A DNA stretch of 63,439 bases, counting the filler, from Globobulimina sp. (lineage: Eukaryota): NCBI GenBank assembly GCA_003354225.1. It is 56 parts of 56 records of this genome, joined end to end, with 100 filler letters (N's around TTAATTAATTAA, not from the genome) between each part and the next. Parts side by side here need not be neighbours in the genome. Positions count along the whole stretch, not along the records: positions 62,406 to 63,439 come from PIVH01025263.1; 55 more parts are not named here. One strand, written 5' to 3'. Position numbers and translations under genes: made by a program. Below the pieces are notes generated by a model. That model saw only the letters and a list, made by a program, of their open reading frames with translations, was not told where the DNA came from and did no database searches. Below are positions 62,406 to 63,439 of the stretch, in pieces (within the stretch, counting starts at the first letter, position 1; the number at the start of each line of letters is the position of its first letter).

Positions 62406-63155
62406 AAACAGTATTGAGAATCCGTTCGGTCCAGATGGATTTTGATGGTAACATTCGGAAGCAGGAGTTTGCTGCAGTTGAAGAATCCATTCTGTAGATG
62501 ACCACATAGGGTGAGCACTTTGCTGCCAGCGATATATTTGTATCGCCACTCGGGAAACACCACTGCTGGTTTGCCATTGACAGTCATTTTCATTTCCTCA
62601 TCGTAACCTATAAGTTGGATTTTAATTCAGAGTTACTGGTATAATTTCTACTTACCGATTGTGCTTTTGAGTGCATCCTTGAAATCACTGCCATAGTTAA
62701 GCAGGTTTTGAAAATATGCGATTTGATGATGGTTTCCAACTTCAGGACCAATGGCTGTTTGATCCAAGGTCAATATAATCCTGGAGAACAATGCATCAAA
62801 AAGACCAGCGACTGGAACCACCTGAAAATCAACTTGTCATTAATATATTCATAAGCTTTCTGGTTACCTTTTCCTTGTCAAGAGTGGCCAATTTTGATCC
62901 ATTGGCTTTTGTGACTTTGACTTTTATCATGAGATAAGTATTGGCCAAATCAGTAAAATGGTCGCCATCTATGGCCGGGGTAAAATCAATGGGTCCAGTG
63001 TCGGTGATAACAAAGTCTGTGCCATATTCGTAATCCTTTGCAGACAGAATGACATCTTGTTCCAATGGGTTTGAGAATAGATCAAGTTCAGTCTTTTGGA
63101 TGGTTCTGACTGGTAGTTCAGCCTCAAGGGTAGGATTAGGTCTTGATCGCTTCAT
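62406..63155 (-). CDS. Polinton/Maverick (adintovirus-type) major capsid protein, N-terminal part, three exons
   Basis: KTELDLF, GPIDF, DLANTYL, V.PV..LF..LFS, AYFQNLLNYG, R....GSK.L.L.G.L...FF...KLL.PNV.I.I.L.R; introns 62822-62867 and 62608-62655. Confidence 0.85.
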
Positions 63156-63439
63156 TTAGAGGAAAAGTCTTGGTTGATATTTGCGTACAACCTTGGTCTT
63201 GACAGCTACACGGCGTTTCTTCTGGGACTTTTGCTTTCTTTGAACTGGTTTCTTCTTGCTCAGAGTTCGTTTCTTGTTGGCAGGTTTCTTTCTGATAACT
63301 TTCTTGGCCACAGACTTTTTAGTTTTCCTTGGTTTCTTGGATGATACAAGATTGGAAACAGTAGGATAATGTTCGGTCAATCTGGAGAGGACACCAACAA
63401 GTCCACTACCAGCAGAGCTCATTGAAGACACCACTGCTC
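63156..63439 (-). CDS. Lys/Arg-rich putative virion core protein, C-terminal part
   Basis: AGSG then a K/R-rich tail; stop abuts the capsid ATG (TAAATG). Confidence 0.6.
   Translation of the reverse strand, partial: AVVSSMSSAGSGLVGVLSRLTEHYPTVSNLVSSKKPRKTKKSVAKKVIRKKPANKKRTLSKKKPVQRKQKSQKKRRVAVKTKVVRKYQPRLFL

Overview
This window is not one locus. It is 56 short contigs (4 of 1036 nt, 27 of 1035 nt, 25 of 1034 nt, size-sorted) joined by 55 artificial 100-nt spacers (N44-TTAATTAATTAA-N44). Adjacency across a spacer has no biological meaning, and ORFs ending in X...LIN run into linker. Most contigs are AT-rich eukaryotic genomic DNA with short (about 52-78 nt) GT-AG introns. The gene-family mix suggests a protist, probably a foraminifer or other rhizarian (inference). 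Recognisable eukaryotic genes include histone H2B, calreticulin, U6 snRNA, mitoribosomal bL19 (split over two neighbouring contigs), FA2H, a Popeye-domain protein, MYCBP2-like and Deltex-C fragments, C2H2 zinc fingers, transporters and GPCR-like proteins. There are bacterial fragments (NAD epimerase plus CAAX protease, hpf plus receiver domain, zntB, serS) and several within-contig chimeric junctions typical of whole-genome amplification. Mobile DNA includes a Penelope-like RT, a retroelement RNase H, a Polinton/Maverick-type integrase and a palindromic MITE-like family. The most notable signal is in the last contig: a Polinton/adintovirus-type major capsid protein gene interrupted by two 46-48 nt spliceosomal introns and directly preceded by a basic core-like ORF. 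Second is a multi-copy protein family with ADP-ribosyltransferase-like STS/ExE motifs. All family assignments come from motif recognition by eye, not database searches.
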